This document shows, in pieces, positions 1 to 9,618 of a DNA stretch of 64,000 bases. The DNA lies in NCBI GenBank assembly GCA_030428385.1, contig JAUIDY010000009.1, positions 23,655-87,654 on the forward strand, read 5' to 3'. Below the pieces are notes generated by a model that worked only from the letters and a program-made list of their open reading frames with translations, did no database searches and was not told where the DNA came from. Numbering within the stretch: the first letter of the stretch is position 1; every line of letters starts with the position of its first letter. A program made the position numbers and the translations under genes. This DNA comes from Rhodothermia bacterium (GTDB lineage: Bacteria > Bacteroidota > Rhodothermia > Rhodothermales > JAAAOL01).

Positions 1-71
1 GTAGAAGACGACGTTTTTAAAGCCGTCAAGGGGATGAAATAACAAGTGCTGTAACCTAATCCTTCGGCTTC

Positions 72-728
72 ATGTCTCGCTCGGCCCTTCTTGTTGGTGC
101 CACCGGACTGGTGGGCCGTCACTGCCTTCACCGGCTGCTTGCCGACGAACGCTATGCAGAAGTAATCACGCTGGGAAGGCGTCCCCTGGAACACCAACAC
201 CCCCAATTGACACATCACATCGTCAATTTTGAGCAGCTTGCCGATTATGCCGATGTCATCCGGGGCGATGACGTGTTTTGCTGCCTGGGCACCACGATGA
301 AACAGGCCGGCTCGAAGGAGGCCTTCCGCACCGTCGACTACACGTATCCGCTGCAAATTGCCGAACTCGCCTTAACAAACGGGGCCACCCACTACCTGCT
401 CGTCTCCGCCACGGGCGCGAATTCGTCGTCGTGGTTTTTCTATAACCGCGTAAAAGGCGACCTCGAAAACGCCTTGCAAGCCCTCGGCTATCCCACCCTG
501 TCCCTCCTGCGTCCGTCGCTACTCACGGGCGACCGCGCAGAAAAGCGGACGGGCGAACAGGTGGGCGAATGGCTGCTGGATGTGTTTTCGTTCGCGCTGC
601 GTGGCCCGCTCGCCCGCGCTCGTCCCACCGCCGCCACTGATGTAGCCGCTGCCATGATCGCCGTCGCTCAAAACCCAACTCCTGGTGTTCAGGCGTACGA
701 GCCTGAGGACATCCGGCGGCTTAAATGA
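72..728 (+). CDS. NAD(P)H-binding oxidoreductase (HTATIP2/YraR-like atypical SDR)
   Basis: 218-aa ORF with an N-terminal Rossmann motif (LLVGATGLVGRH) and a YNRVK (YxxxK) motif. Size and layout are typical of NAD(P)-binding NmrA/HTATIP2-like proteins. Confidence 0.7.
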   Translation: MSRSALLVGATGLVGRHCLHRLLADERYAEVITLGRRPLEHQHPQLTHHIVNFEQLADYADVIRGDDVFCCLGTTMKQAGSKEAFRTVDYTYPLQIAELALTNGATHYLLVSATGANSSSWFFYNRVKGDLENALQALGYPTLSLLRPSLLTGDRAEKRTGEQVGEWLLDVFSFALRGPLARARPTAATDVAAAMIAVAQNPTPGVQAYEPEDIRRLK

Positions 729-753
729 TCAGATGAAGTGCCTAATATGGCTT

Positions 754-1731
754 CTAGCGTTGCAGCAAAACTTGCGTTGCTACGTGACTGCCCGTATTTG
801 ATAGGATTCGTAACAGGTAAACGCCTGAACTCAAGTTATAGGTCTCTATTTCAGCCCTATGTACGCCGACAGTACGCCAGCCTAGCTCCAAGTTTTGCAC
901 CTGCTGGCCAATCAGATTATATACTTGCAAAGATACCTCTTGTGGAGATGAAAGCTCATATTCCACCGTTGCCTTCGCGCGAAGAGGATTTGGAAATATG
1001 GAAACGATCGATAGTGATTGAGGAAGTGCCCCTTTATCTCTTTCGACCGTTGTTGCCACTTCGCTGAAGCCATACTCTTCCCCACCTAATCGTACAAAAA
1101 TAAGATCATTTCGATAGCCCCACTCAAAGTCCGCATCAATGATTTCTGCACCGATTCCGTGAACAAAACCAACACCAAACCCACTTCCCCTATGTGTAAA
1201 CATCTTCACAATAGTGCTTTCTAATTCACCAACACTAAAAATGATATGTTTGTCATAATCTCCATACACCGTCACGTCACTGCAATGAGGGCAATTGTAA
1301 CAAGCGAACTCGGAAAAAAAGTCTGCACTGAGATCACAAGCCAAATTGGGGTCTGGCCACGGCTGTTCTTGAGCAACGGAGTCCTCTTGTACCAAAGCTA
1401 CAATTGCCGTGTGAGTTGTGTCATATCGCAGATAATCAATCGATGATCTAAAGGGGGCAAATGCCGCATCATAAAAGGTTATCTGGTGCAAGAAGTAGCG
1501 CTCCTGCCCAATCAATGTATCGCCAACAATCTCACGTCGCTGATATCCTTCCGGGTATTCGCCCCAAATCTCATTACCATATTTGTACTCCCAAGCATTG
1601 CCTATTTGAAGGGGATAATACTCCCGCCAATCTGTTGTATCAGGTACAGGAACTAGCTGGGCTTGGGTGTAACAAGGGTATAGCACCCATAACAGTATTA
1701 ACCCTACTAGCCACTTCATATCCAGACTCAT
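754..1731 (-). CDS. Secreted hypothetical protein with T9SS (Por) C-terminal sorting domain
   Basis: Signal peptide (MKWLVGLILLWVLYPCYTQAQ). The C-terminal ~85 aa match the T9SS CTD pattern (FPNPLRAKATVEYEL...VYNLIGQQV...SGVYLLRI). The start is uncertain (1731 or 1719). The gene is visibly lower in G+C than its flanks. Confidence 0.7.
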   Translation of the reverse strand: MSLDMKWLVGLILLWVLYPCYTQAQLVPVPDTTDWREYYPLQIGNAWEYKYGNEIWGEYPEGYQRREIVGDTLIGQERYFLHQITFYDAAFAPFRSSIDYLRYDTTHTAIVALVQEDSVAQEQPWPDPNLACDLSADFFSEFACYNCPHCSDVTVYGDYDKHIIFSVGELESTIVKMFTHRGSGFGVGFVHGIGAEIIDADFEWGYRNDLIFVRLGGEEYGFSEVATTVERDKGALPQSLSIVSIFPNPLRAKATVEYELSSPQEVSLQVYNLIGQQVQNLELGWRTVGVHRAEIETYNLSSGVYLLRILSNTGSHVATQVLLQR

Positions 1732-1806
1732 TGCAGGCCTGACAATGACAAGGTTGAAGGTTAAAAATAAGGTCAATACACCAAATGATCCATCCCTACC
1801 GCATTC

Positions 1807-2343
1807 TCATCCCTGTGCTGGGGCCCACTCCTCCAGAAACGCGAGATACACCGCCTCGTCGTAGCCCTCGCCTTGCTCCAGTTCGCCCGTGCCTTGCGCA
1901 TGCAGCAGGTCACCGTTGGCATCGAGCACAAACAGGTGCGGATAACCGGGAATGGGCGGGTATTGCGAGAGAAACGCCTCGTTTTTGTTCTCCTCGCTGT
2001 AATTGATTTTCAGCACCACGTAGTTCGTTTCGAGGGCCTCCTTGATCGAGGGCGTCTCCTCGATGAACCGATCCATGCGGTGGCACCAACTGCACCACTC
2101 GCCGCCCACATCCAGCAAGATATGCCGCCCTGACTGCTTGGCCTCCACCACCGCAGCCGCCAAGTCCTCGGCCGGGTCGCGGGCCGGATCGAATGCTAGC
2201 ACCGGCTCATAGGGCACTGCCTCCACGGCGGGGGGAATTTCGGGGGCAGCGGTGTCTTCCCCTTCTTGCTGGGGCAAACAACCGACAAACAAAAACACGA
2301 GCAGGGTCAGGGGAAGCACAACCTTCGGCATTACTGACAACAC
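1807..2343 (-). CDS. Thioredoxin-fold lipoprotein (thioredoxin family, WCxxC)
   Basis: Lipobox-like LFVGC, a redox motif GGEWCSWCHRMD, and a thioredoxin-like_7-type C-terminal half (PGYPHLFVLDANG). Confidence 0.75.
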   Translation of the reverse strand: MLSVMPKVVLPLTLLVFLFVGCLPQQEGEDTAAPEIPPAVEAVPYEPVLAFDPARDPAEDLAAAVVEAKQSGRHILLDVGGEWCSWCHRMDRFIEETPSIKEALETNYVVLKINYSEENKNEAFLSQYPPIPGYPHLFVLDANGDLLHAQGTGELEQGEGYDEAVYLAFLEEWAPAQG

Positions 2344-2346
2344 CCT

Positions 2347-2730
2347 TTACTTAACGTTTTTCGATTTTTTGCTGGCTTTCGACGCAACCGCTGTACGGGC
2401 GCGGCGCTCGGCAACAATGGACAATACCCAAATTGCCAACCAGCCAACAGCAATGAGGATCCACGGGAGCGATTGCCATCGCCAGGCGGCCAGTGCAGCC
2501 AACACGTTGATCGCATACAACAGGTGAAAAATCCATCCCGGCACATCGGGCGTCTGCAACCGCTGCCCTGCCGCTCCGCCACTCCCCAGGAACGCAATGC
2601 CTTTGAGCAGCAGCATAAGCCCGGTGTAAACCACCACCACCCACCGCAGCCACAACGGATCGAACACCGCCGCCGCGATGATAGCAAGGGTCACCAGAAG
2701 ATCAACAATGACATGCTTGAGCCAGCCCAT
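2347..2730 (-). CDS. Small integral membrane protein, function unknown
   Basis: 127-aa ORF with about 4 hydrophobic helices and a basic C-terminal tail. No family recognised. Confidence 0.5.
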   Translation of the reverse strand: MGWLKHVIVDLLVTLAIIAAAVFDPLWLRWVVVVYTGLMLLLKGIAFLGSGGAAGQRLQTPDVPGWIFHLLYAINVLAALAAWRWQSLPWILIAVGWLAIWVLSIVAERRARTAVASKASKKSKNVK

Positions 2731-2802
2731 GAGGGAAGTGCAGGTTTAGGAGGATAAATGTTGGGGGCTGCAAGTTGAGGCGTGGCGCGGTTTTTTGCAA
2801 GC

Positions 2803-3798
2803 CTACGCCATCGCGAGACCCGGATCGTCGGCGTCGGGACTGGGCGGGGGTTCGTACGACCACGGGGCGGCTTCTTCCTCGTCCACGTCGGCGTAAAGCG
2901 GCATCTCGCGCAGCCGGATGGTTTCGTAGAAGGCGGTTTCGCTGCCGATCCAGCCGACGGTGGCCGCCGACCGCCCCAGCATCGCCGCCTGCTGCACCAG
3001 GAAAAGCACCCACATGCCGAGGGCTGTCGCCTCGGTAGCGGCGAAATCGAAGCCAAAGGGCAACAGCCACAGCACCGCGGCGACCACAAACCAGAGCAGG
3101 TATAACCAACTGGCCTGTCCATGCTGAAACGCCCACCGGATGCCCGTTCCAAAAGCGTCCCTCACCGCCTGCTCATCCACCACAAGGGCGATGCGGCTGT
3201 AGTCGTGCATCAGGTCGAGGACAGCAAAGACGCTGACAACCAGAATGGGCGCGAGGACAAAGTTGACCCAGAAAATGCCCACTTCGCCCCCCCACAACTG
3301 ATTCAAGATCCAGATCACCAGCCCCAGCCCTACCACAGCCATTACCAGCATCACCACATACATCAGCGCCAGCAGCATGGCACGGAGACCAAACCGCCCC
3401 ACGCCATCCCAGAAGGGCCGAATGGCGTCTCCGCGGAGCGCGTGCACCAACCCCACGTGCGCAACCGCCTTCCACATCAGCCACAGCGGAATCACCCACA
3501 GCAACTGCCCCACGATGGGAAAAAACGCATCGCCCACCTGCTCGCTGAAATCCATCCACACCGTGAAGTCGAACTGGGCGGCAAAATCGGGGGCAAAGCC
3601 ACTCTGCGCCACCTCTTCGTTGATCAGCAACAGCACACCAAGTGACAACACAAACGCCAGCGCGAGGTCAAGCACATACAGCAACACCGCCAGCCCCGGT
3701 CGTTTGCGCAACGCGTTGATGCCTGCTGAAAAACTAGAAAGGATCATGGGTTTAGGGTTTTGTTGGGCTGTCCGCCGTCGGCTATCGGCTTTCAGCAC
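2803..3798 (-). CDS. Polytopic membrane protein, function unknown
   Basis: 331-aa ORF with multiple long hydrophobic segments and an acidic C-terminal tail. The start is uncertain; an internal MILSSF is possible. Confidence 0.5.
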   Translation of the reverse strand: MLKADSRRRTAQQNPKPMILSSFSAGINALRKRPGLAVLLYVLDLALAFVLSLGVLLLINEEVAQSGFAPDFAAQFDFTVWMDFSEQVGDAFFPIVGQLLWVIPLWLMWKAVAHVGLVHALRGDAIRPFWDGVGRFGLRAMLLALMYVVMLVMAVVGLGLVIWILNQLWGGEVGIFWVNFVLAPILVVSVFAVLDLMHDYSRIALVVDEQAVRDAFGTGIRWAFQHGQASWLYLLWFVVAAVLWLLPFGFDFAATEATALGMWVLFLVQQAAMLGRSAATVGWIGSETAFYETIRLREMPLYADVDEEEAAPWSYEPPPSPDADDPGLAMA

Positions 3799-3895
3799 GT
3801 TGAGCAGGTCTATCAGGTCGTCTACTTACGGACTATGAATGACGCAAGTGTAGCTTGCACATGACGCGGAGCGCATGACACCTCCGAAGAAGGCA

Positions 3896-5845
3896 CTACA
3901 GCAGCCCGGTGATGAGCGTAAAAATCTGCTGGAGCCAGACGGCGGTTTTGAGTTGGTATTTGCGCCCCACCCGCCCGTCGGCTTCGCTCGTAAGCACCCT
4001 CCGGTTGTTCAGGCGGTTGGTATCGAGCAGGATGTGGTTTTCGGGATCGAGGAAGGCTTCGACGATGCGCTGATCGCCCTCAAACTCAAAGGCATACCAC
4101 TGGTCGCGCCCGTCCCATTCCTTGCGTTCCGTGGTGCCATCGGCATAGCGCACCTGCAAGGTTTGCGGGTAGATGGCGTCGGCTTTGCGCTCCACCCGCA
4201 CCCTGCTCTCAAACCGGTCGGGCTCTTCTTCTTCGCTCACGTTCCGGTTGCTGATGCTCACCACGCGGTAGTCCACCACGGCGGTGCCATACACAAACTG
4301 GTCGAAGAACCAGTCCAGTTCCTGCCCCGACACTTCCTCGGCAACGGCAATAAAGTCGCGGGTGGTGGGGTGGCGAAAGGCCCAGCGGTCGTAGTAAGTC
4401 CTCCAGACCTGGTGCATGGTTTCCCAGCCGAGGTAGTTTTCCAGCGTCTTGAGCAAGGTGGCGGGCTTGGCGTATGAATTGCGCCCGTATCCTCCATGCG
4501 GATAGTCCCACGCCCGCGCAAACACCTGCCCCCGCGACGGGTCATTTTTGGTGTAGCTTACCCGCTGCATGGCTTCGTCGCTGATCTGAAAACCCGGAAA
4601 GTCGAGGGCCGCCCCGGCGCCGTACACGTCATCCATAATGCGCACCTCGAAGTAGGAGTTCATGCCTTCGTCCAGCCATGCTTCCTCGGCCTCATTACTC
4701 GCCAAGATTCCGTAGAAATACTGATGCCCGAACTCGTGGATGGTGACGAGTTCGAGGAAGCGGGCCCACGCGGGCAGTTTGTACACCGTGCCGCACGTAA
4801 TCAGCGTAGGGTATTCCATGCCGTTTGAGCCGCCCACGCCATCGACCAGCGTGAGGCTGGTGTAGGGATACGGTCCCACCCATTCATCGAAGCGCTCCAG
4901 CGCCGCGATGGCGGAATCGAAGTGGCGCTGCACCTGGTCCTCGTGCTCGGGCTGAACGAGCAAGCGCAGGTTGACGTGCCGCCAGGTGGTGGTGTATTCT
5001 CTAAACGCCGGGCTCGTCGTCCACGCGAAGTCGTGTACATCGTCGGCGACATAGCGCAGCGTTTTCATGCCGCCGTCGGTGGTTTCTTCCACCTGCACCC
5101 CCGACGCCCCAAGCATATAATCTTCGGGCACCGTCATCCTTACGTCGTAGGTGCCGAAGTCGGCGTAGAACTCGCTGTTGGCGTGAAACTGGTGCGTGTA
5201 CCACTGGCCTTCAGGCGCATCTTCGGGCAGATACCGCTGGCCCGGCACTTCATAGACGCCCAGTTTGGGAAACCATTGCGCCACCATAAAAAACGGCGAG
5301 CCGTCGGCCTTTTCCTGCCAGCCCGTCCGCGCAAAGATCTGGGGCAGCTTCGAGGTGAAGTCGATGTCAAGGGCGATGGTCTCGCCCGGAAGGACGGCCT
5401 GCGGCAGTTGCACCGAGATCACGGTTTCGTCGTCGGGGTTGCCATCGTCAGGCCGGATGAACTGGATCTGCTGGGTGAGGTCGGCTCCTTCCACCCCGGC
5501 GAGTTGCATCCGGTCTACGGTCACGCCGCCCCACGGGTCGTTGCCTTCTGCCGTAAAGCCGCGATGCGCCCCGCCGCTCTCCTTCATAAACGTCGACCGT
5601 TCGTTTTTGAAGGCATTCAGGTACAGGTGAAACTGAAGCTCTTGCACGGGCACGTTGCCGGGGTTGCGCCATGTCACCTGCTGGGTGCCCTGCACGGTGC
5701 GCGTCTCGGGGTCGAGCGTCACGTTCATCGTGTACGACACGCGGCGCTCGGAAAGGGGCATGTCTGAGGTGGTGGGCGCGGGTTGCGCCTGGGCACTGCC
5801 CACAAGGAACAAGGAAAGGATTAGACCAACGGCTTGATAACGCAT
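3896..5845 (-). CDS. M1-family zinc metallopeptidase (aminopeptidase N-like), secreted
   Basis: Signal peptide ending AQAQ. Contains the HEFGHQYFYG (HExxH) motif and a downstream WLDEG glutamate ligand, the gluzincin/M1 signature. Confidence 0.85.
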   Translation of the reverse strand: MRYQAVGLILSLFLVGSAQAQPAPTTSDMPLSERRVSYTMNVTLDPETRTVQGTQQVTWRNPGNVPVQELQFHLYLNAFKNERSTFMKESGGAHRGFTAEGNDPWGGVTVDRMQLAGVEGADLTQQIQFIRPDDGNPDDETVISVQLPQAVLPGETIALDIDFTSKLPQIFARTGWQEKADGSPFFMVAQWFPKLGVYEVPGQRYLPEDAPEGQWYTHQFHANSEFYADFGTYDVRMTVPEDYMLGASGVQVEETTDGGMKTLRYVADDVHDFAWTTSPAFREYTTTWRHVNLRLLVQPEHEDQVQRHFDSAIAALERFDEWVGPYPYTSLTLVDGVGGSNGMEYPTLITCGTVYKLPAWARFLELVTIHEFGHQYFYGILASNEAEEAWLDEGMNSYFEVRIMDDVYGAGAALDFPGFQISDEAMQRVSYTKNDPSRGQVFARAWDYPHGGYGRNSYAKPATLLKTLENYLGWETMHQVWRTYYDRWAFRHPTTRDFIAVAEEVSGQELDWFFDQFVYGTAVVDYRVVSISNRNVSEEEEPDRFESRVRVERKADAIYPQTLQVRYADGTTERKEWDGRDQWYAFEFEGDQRIVEAFLDPENHILLDTNRLNNRRVLTSEADGRVGRKYQLKTAVWLQQIFTLITGLL

Positions 5846-6004
5846 GGTGCGGTCGCTAAAGCAAATGAAATCAACAAGTATGAACGCAAGAGCATGAGCA
5901 GAGGTTACGTTGTGCCGCCATCAGGTGCAATGCTACCACCACGCGATCTTTTCTTCCTCGCTAGCGCGTATCTTCGAACGCTTTGTCCCCCAACCCGCTG
6001 CCTC

Positions 6005-6697
6005 ATGCGTTCTCTATTGTTAGTCGCTTTTAGTCTGCTCACGCCGTTATTCGCCTTGGGGCAGTCGGCCGTTACCAACCAGAACCTGTTCGACACGACG
6101 CCTTTTTTGCCGGGGCTGTATGAGCAGCGCACCGCTCAGTTTGAGCAGGAGCCCGTTGTGCCAGGCCGCGTCATTTTTCTGGGCAACAGCATCACGCAGG
6201 GCGGCAACTGGCAGGCATTGCTGGGTGACGCCACCGTCATCAACCGGGGCATCGGCGGCGACATTACGTTTGGGGTGCTGGAGCGGCTGGACGACATCAC
6301 CCGGCGCAAGCCGTCGAAGCTGTTTGTCCTCATTGGCATCAACGACATCGGCAAGGACATCCCCGACGAAGTGATTGCCGACAACGTGCGGCAACTCATC
6401 GAGCGGGTGCAAACCGAAAGTCCGGAGACCGTGATTTACATCCAGAGTGTGCTGCCCGTCAACCCCGAATACCCGCGTTTCCCGCAGCATTACGACAAGG
6501 AATACCACGTGATGCGCGTCAACGAACTGCTGCGTGGCGTCGTGGCTGCCACCGAGACCCACTTCATCAACCTGTTTCCGCTGTTCACCGATGCCCAGGA
6601 ACGCCTCCGCGCCGAACTCACCGGCGACGGGCTGCACCTGAACCCGGCGGGATATGCGTTGTGGGTCCGCCATTTAAAAGAGATGGGGTATTTGTAG
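6005..6697 (+). CDS. SGNH/GDSL-family hydrolase (lipase/esterase)
   Basis: Start re-set to MRSLLLVAFSLL (signal peptide). Block I FLGNSITQGG, GIND block III, and a DGLHLN (DxxH) block V. Confidence 0.85.
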   Translation: MRSLLLVAFSLLTPLFALGQSAVTNQNLFDTTPFLPGLYEQRTAQFEQEPVVPGRVIFLGNSITQGGNWQALLGDATVINRGIGGDITFGVLERLDDITRRKPSKLFVLIGINDIGKDIPDEVIADNVRQLIERVQTESPETVIYIQSVLPVNPEYPRFPQHYDKEYHVMRVNELLRGVVAATETHFINLFPLFTDAQERLRAELTGDGLHLNPAGYALWVRHLKEMGYL

Positions 6698-6718
6698 GGA
6701 TGGGGGAAGGGAGAAGAG

Positions 6719-7381
6719 GTGACAGGGTTTATTTACAAACAAATGGAAGCAGCGATGAATGTTCAAGCGGGAGGAAACGATGTTGGCTCCGCAGGAGAAA
6801 CCAACTTTGTGAATATGGGCTGTTTTGGCGTGGGTGCCGTGGGACGCGGTTCCCGCTATCTGAAATCCACAGGGTTTGGCTCGTGCCTGGGCATGGTGCT
6901 TCACCTCTCCCGCGATGGCGGCGTGGGTGCCACCGTGCGCGCTGGGCTGCTGGCCCATTTTATGTCAGACAATAACATTGCCGGATCGTATCCGGGTTTT
7001 TTGCAGCGCCTCCGGCATCTCGAAGGTGCGATGGTTCCAGGCCCCTCGCTGTTGGGCATGGGCGGCATCCCCGGTGACGACTGGACCGCCTGTATCTTCC
7101 ACGGCGGCGATATGAACGGCGTGGCCGACTCCAAAACCGCCGAAGCCAGCCGGCTACTGGCCCGCAAACGCGCCCGAACGCTTAAAACCTACCTGACCAC
7201 GACCTGGGGCATCACCACCGTGGCCTACACCCCCGATGCGGGATATAAATCGACGGTGTTGGATATGCAAACGGGCGACCTGATGTTGTTTGATGACAAC
7301 GTCGCGGGAAGCGAAGCACCGCCCCGTGGCATGGACCTGTTCCGGCTTTCAGGCAAACCGCTGACCTTCAATAACAAATAG
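6719..7381 (+). CDS. Hypothetical protein with CheD-like Cys/His deamidase-type motifs
   Basis: STGFGSCLGMVLH...LLAHFM resembles the CheD TxGLGSCVAV...AHxMLP motif. HGGDMNG and the C-terminal WGITTVAYTPDAGYKSTVLDMQTGDLML parallel the CheD AGGASMF and GIKLVAEDTGG...TGKLLV segments. The comparison is from memory, not a search. Confidence 0.4.
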   Translation: MTGFIYKQMEAAMNVQAGGNDVGSAGETNFVNMGCFGVGAVGRGSRYLKSTGFGSCLGMVLHLSRDGGVGATVRAGLLAHFMSDNNIAGSYPGFLQRLRHLEGAMVPGPSLLGMGGIPGDDWTACIFHGGDMNGVADSKTAEASRLLARKRARTLKTYLTTTWGITTVAYTPDAGYKSTVLDMQTGDLMLFDDNVAGSEAPPRGMDLFRLSGKPLTFNNK

Positions 7382-7392
7382 CCAAGCATTCG

Positions 7393-8160
7393 ATGGCTTC
7401 CTCCCCCAACTTTCAACTCACCGATCAGGTCGCCCTTGTCACCGGAGCCAGCTACGGCATTGGGCGGGGGCTGGCGAAGGCGCTGGCCCGGGCCGGGGCG
7501 ACGGTCGCTGTCGCGGCGCGCTCCACCGATGCCCTGGAAACGCTGGTGGAGGAGATCCGCGCCGAGGGCGGCACCGCGCAGGCGTTTGCACTCGATGTGC
7601 GAGACGTGAATCATATTCGGGCATGTATTCAAGATGTCCACGGTGCGTTGGGGCGGCTCGACATTCTGGTTAACAACGCCGGGCTGGGGGCCAACCATCC
7701 GGCCCTCGACGTCACCGAAGCCGACTGGGACGAGATGATGGCAGTGAACCAGAAAGGGCTGTTTTTCTGCTGCCAGGCGGCGGGGCGCATCATGCTCGCT
7801 CAGGGCTACGGGCGGATCATCAACATGAGTTCGCAGGCCAGCCTCGTCGGTATCCGCGACCATGCGGTGTACTGCGCCTCGAAGGGCGGCGTGAACCAAC
7901 TGACGCGCGTGCTGGCACTCGAATGGTCGGCCTCGGGCGTAACGGTCAATGCCGTCGCGCCCACGTTTATCTACACCCCCGGCACCGCCGAACGCCTCGA
8001 CCAGCCCGCCTTCCGCCAAGGCGTGCTCGACCGGCTGCCCATCGGACGCGTGGGCACCATCGATGACGTAGCCGGGGCCGTGATTTATCTCGCCTCGCCC
8101 GCTGCTGCGCTGGTGACTGGGACCATTTTGCCCGTGGACGGGGGTTGGACCGCGCAATAA
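7393..8160 (+). CDS. SDR-family oxidoreductase (classical short-chain dehydrogenase)
   Basis: TGASYGIGRG cofactor motif, NNAG, and a catalytic YCASKGG (YxxxK) motif. 255 aa. Confidence 0.9.
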   Translation: MASSPNFQLTDQVALVTGASYGIGRGLAKALARAGATVAVAARSTDALETLVEEIRAEGGTAQAFALDVRDVNHIRACIQDVHGALGRLDILVNNAGLGANHPALDVTEADWDEMMAVNQKGLFFCCQAAGRIMLAQGYGRIINMSSQASLVGIRDHAVYCASKGGVNQLTRVLALEWSASGVTVNAVAPTFIYTPGTAERLDQPAFRQGVLDRLPIGRVGTIDDVAGAVIYLASPAAALVTGTILPVDGGWTAQ

Positions 8161-8305
8161 GATAGCCTTGACAGGCGCATCCCACCCGACTACCTTGTAG
8201 GGTTAGCCTTCGTTGTTCCCTTCGTGTACACGCACTTCTGGCCTGCCTCCTTTGGGCACATGCGACGGGTTACGCCTCGCCTACCCATCGCCAGCGGCCC
8301 TCGTG

Positions 8306-8908
8306 ATGAAGTTTGTCCTCTTTTCCGCGCTGTGTTTGGTGCTCACCATTTCGGCACAGGCGCAGCCTACGGCCCAACGGATTGGCGGCTTCTTCGCCGA
8401 CCTCCACCTCAACAGCGCCACCCTTAAACTGGATGATGCCTCGGCGAACGCGATGGACGGTCATGGACGCGGCGTAGGCGTGCTGGTGGGCTACAGCTTC
8501 CCGCGCTACGTAGCGTTTTACATTGAAGGAAACGGCGGGCGCATCAATCCGGACGACATCGACCCGCGCACCGACGTCGTTTCCTATCGCCCACTTCACC
8601 TCGATGTGGGCACTCAACTTATGGTGGACCTGGGGCCGTGGCGTCCGTACATCGATATCGCCTTTACGAAGCGGAGCATGGAGTTCTTTCTGAACGGCCT
8701 GGAATCGGGGATGTCAGGGACGGGCATCACATACGGCGGCGGCCTGCGTTTTTTCTTTGCGCCCGCCCTGGCACTCAACGCCTCGCTGAAAATCACGCAG
8801 GGCGCATTTGACAAGGTTGATGTAGGCCTGACCCAACAAGCCATTCCCGCCATCGACGCCCGGTCAGCACGACTGAACATCGGGCTTTCGTGGTACCTCG
8901 GACGATAG
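8306..8908 (+). CDS. Small outer-membrane beta-barrel protein (porin-family/OmpA-like barrel)
   Basis: Start re-set to MKFVLFSALCLVLTISAQAQ. Alternating amphipathic strands rich in G/Y/F, about 200 aa. Confidence 0.6.
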   Translation: MKFVLFSALCLVLTISAQAQPTAQRIGGFFADLHLNSATLKLDDASANAMDGHGRGVGVLVGYSFPRYVAFYIEGNGGRINPDDIDPRTDVVSYRPLHLDVGTQLMVDLGPWRPYIDIAFTKRSMEFFLNGLESGMSGTGITYGGGLRFFFAPALALNASLKITQGAFDKVDVGLTQQAIPAIDARSARLNIGLSWYLGR

Positions 8909-8925
8909 GTTTTTACGTGTAACCG

Positions 8926-9618
8926 ATGGCTTTTCAACTGACACAGGTAGTCCCGTGGGGACGTACGTTTGAAGAATACGAACGCATGTTCGCACTTTCT
9001 GCGGCGGACGTCACGCGTTCCATACTCGGATGTGGCGATGGCCCCGCCAGCTTTAACGCCGAAGGCACCCAACGCGGCCTCCACATCACCTCGGTTGATC
9101 CACTTTATGCTGCCACGCGAGCACAAATCGCCCAGCGCATCGCCGAGACGACGCCCGACATCATTGCCCAGCTTCAGGAAAACAAGAACGCTTTTGTCTG
9201 GGACTATTTCTCCTCCGTCGAAACCCTCGTGGCTATGCGCATCCGCGCCATGGAGACCTTTCTGAGCGATTACGACGCTGGGCGCGCTGCCGAACGCTAC
9301 CTCGAGGCCGCCTTACCCACGCTTCCCTTCGCCGACGGCGCCTTCGACCTGGCGTTGTGCTCGCACCTGTTGTTTCTCTACTCCGATCACCTGTCCAGTT
9401 CCTTCCATTGCGACGCCATCACCGAAATGATGCGTGTGGCTCACGAGGTTCGGGTTTTTCCCCTCATCACGCTCGCAGGAAAACCCTCTCCCCACCTCAA
9501 CACGGTCATAAACACCGCCCAGCGCGCTGGATGGCTGGCGCAACTAGAATCGGTGGCCTACGAATTCCAGCGGGGCGGCGACACCATGCTCCGGCTCACG
9601 CGTCCAGCCAACAAATAA
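8926..9618 (+). CDS. Class I SAM-dependent methyltransferase (putative)
   Basis: Motif I-like ILGCGDGPASF, with later FDLALCSHLLFLY (post-II/III). 230 aa. Confidence 0.55.
   Translation: MAFQLTQVVPWGRTFEEYERMFALSAADVTRSILGCGDGPASFNAEGTQRGLHITSVDPLYAATRAQIAQRIAETTPDIIAQLQENKNAFVWDYFSSVETLVAMRIRAMETFLSDYDAGRAAERYLEAALPTLPFADGAFDLALCSHLLFLYSDHLSSSFHCDAITEMMRVAHEVRVFPLITLAGKPSPHLNTVINTAQRAGWLAQLESVAYEFQRGGDTMLRLTRPANK

Noticed and set aside
1-42. A possible 3' end of a + strand gene running into the window (…VEDDVFKAVKGMK*).
   Set aside because: Only 13 codons are visible, too few to support a call.
7225-8157. A 310-aa minus-strand ORF.
   Set aside because: It is antisense to the SDR gene (TGASYGIGRG / YCASK motifs on the + strand).
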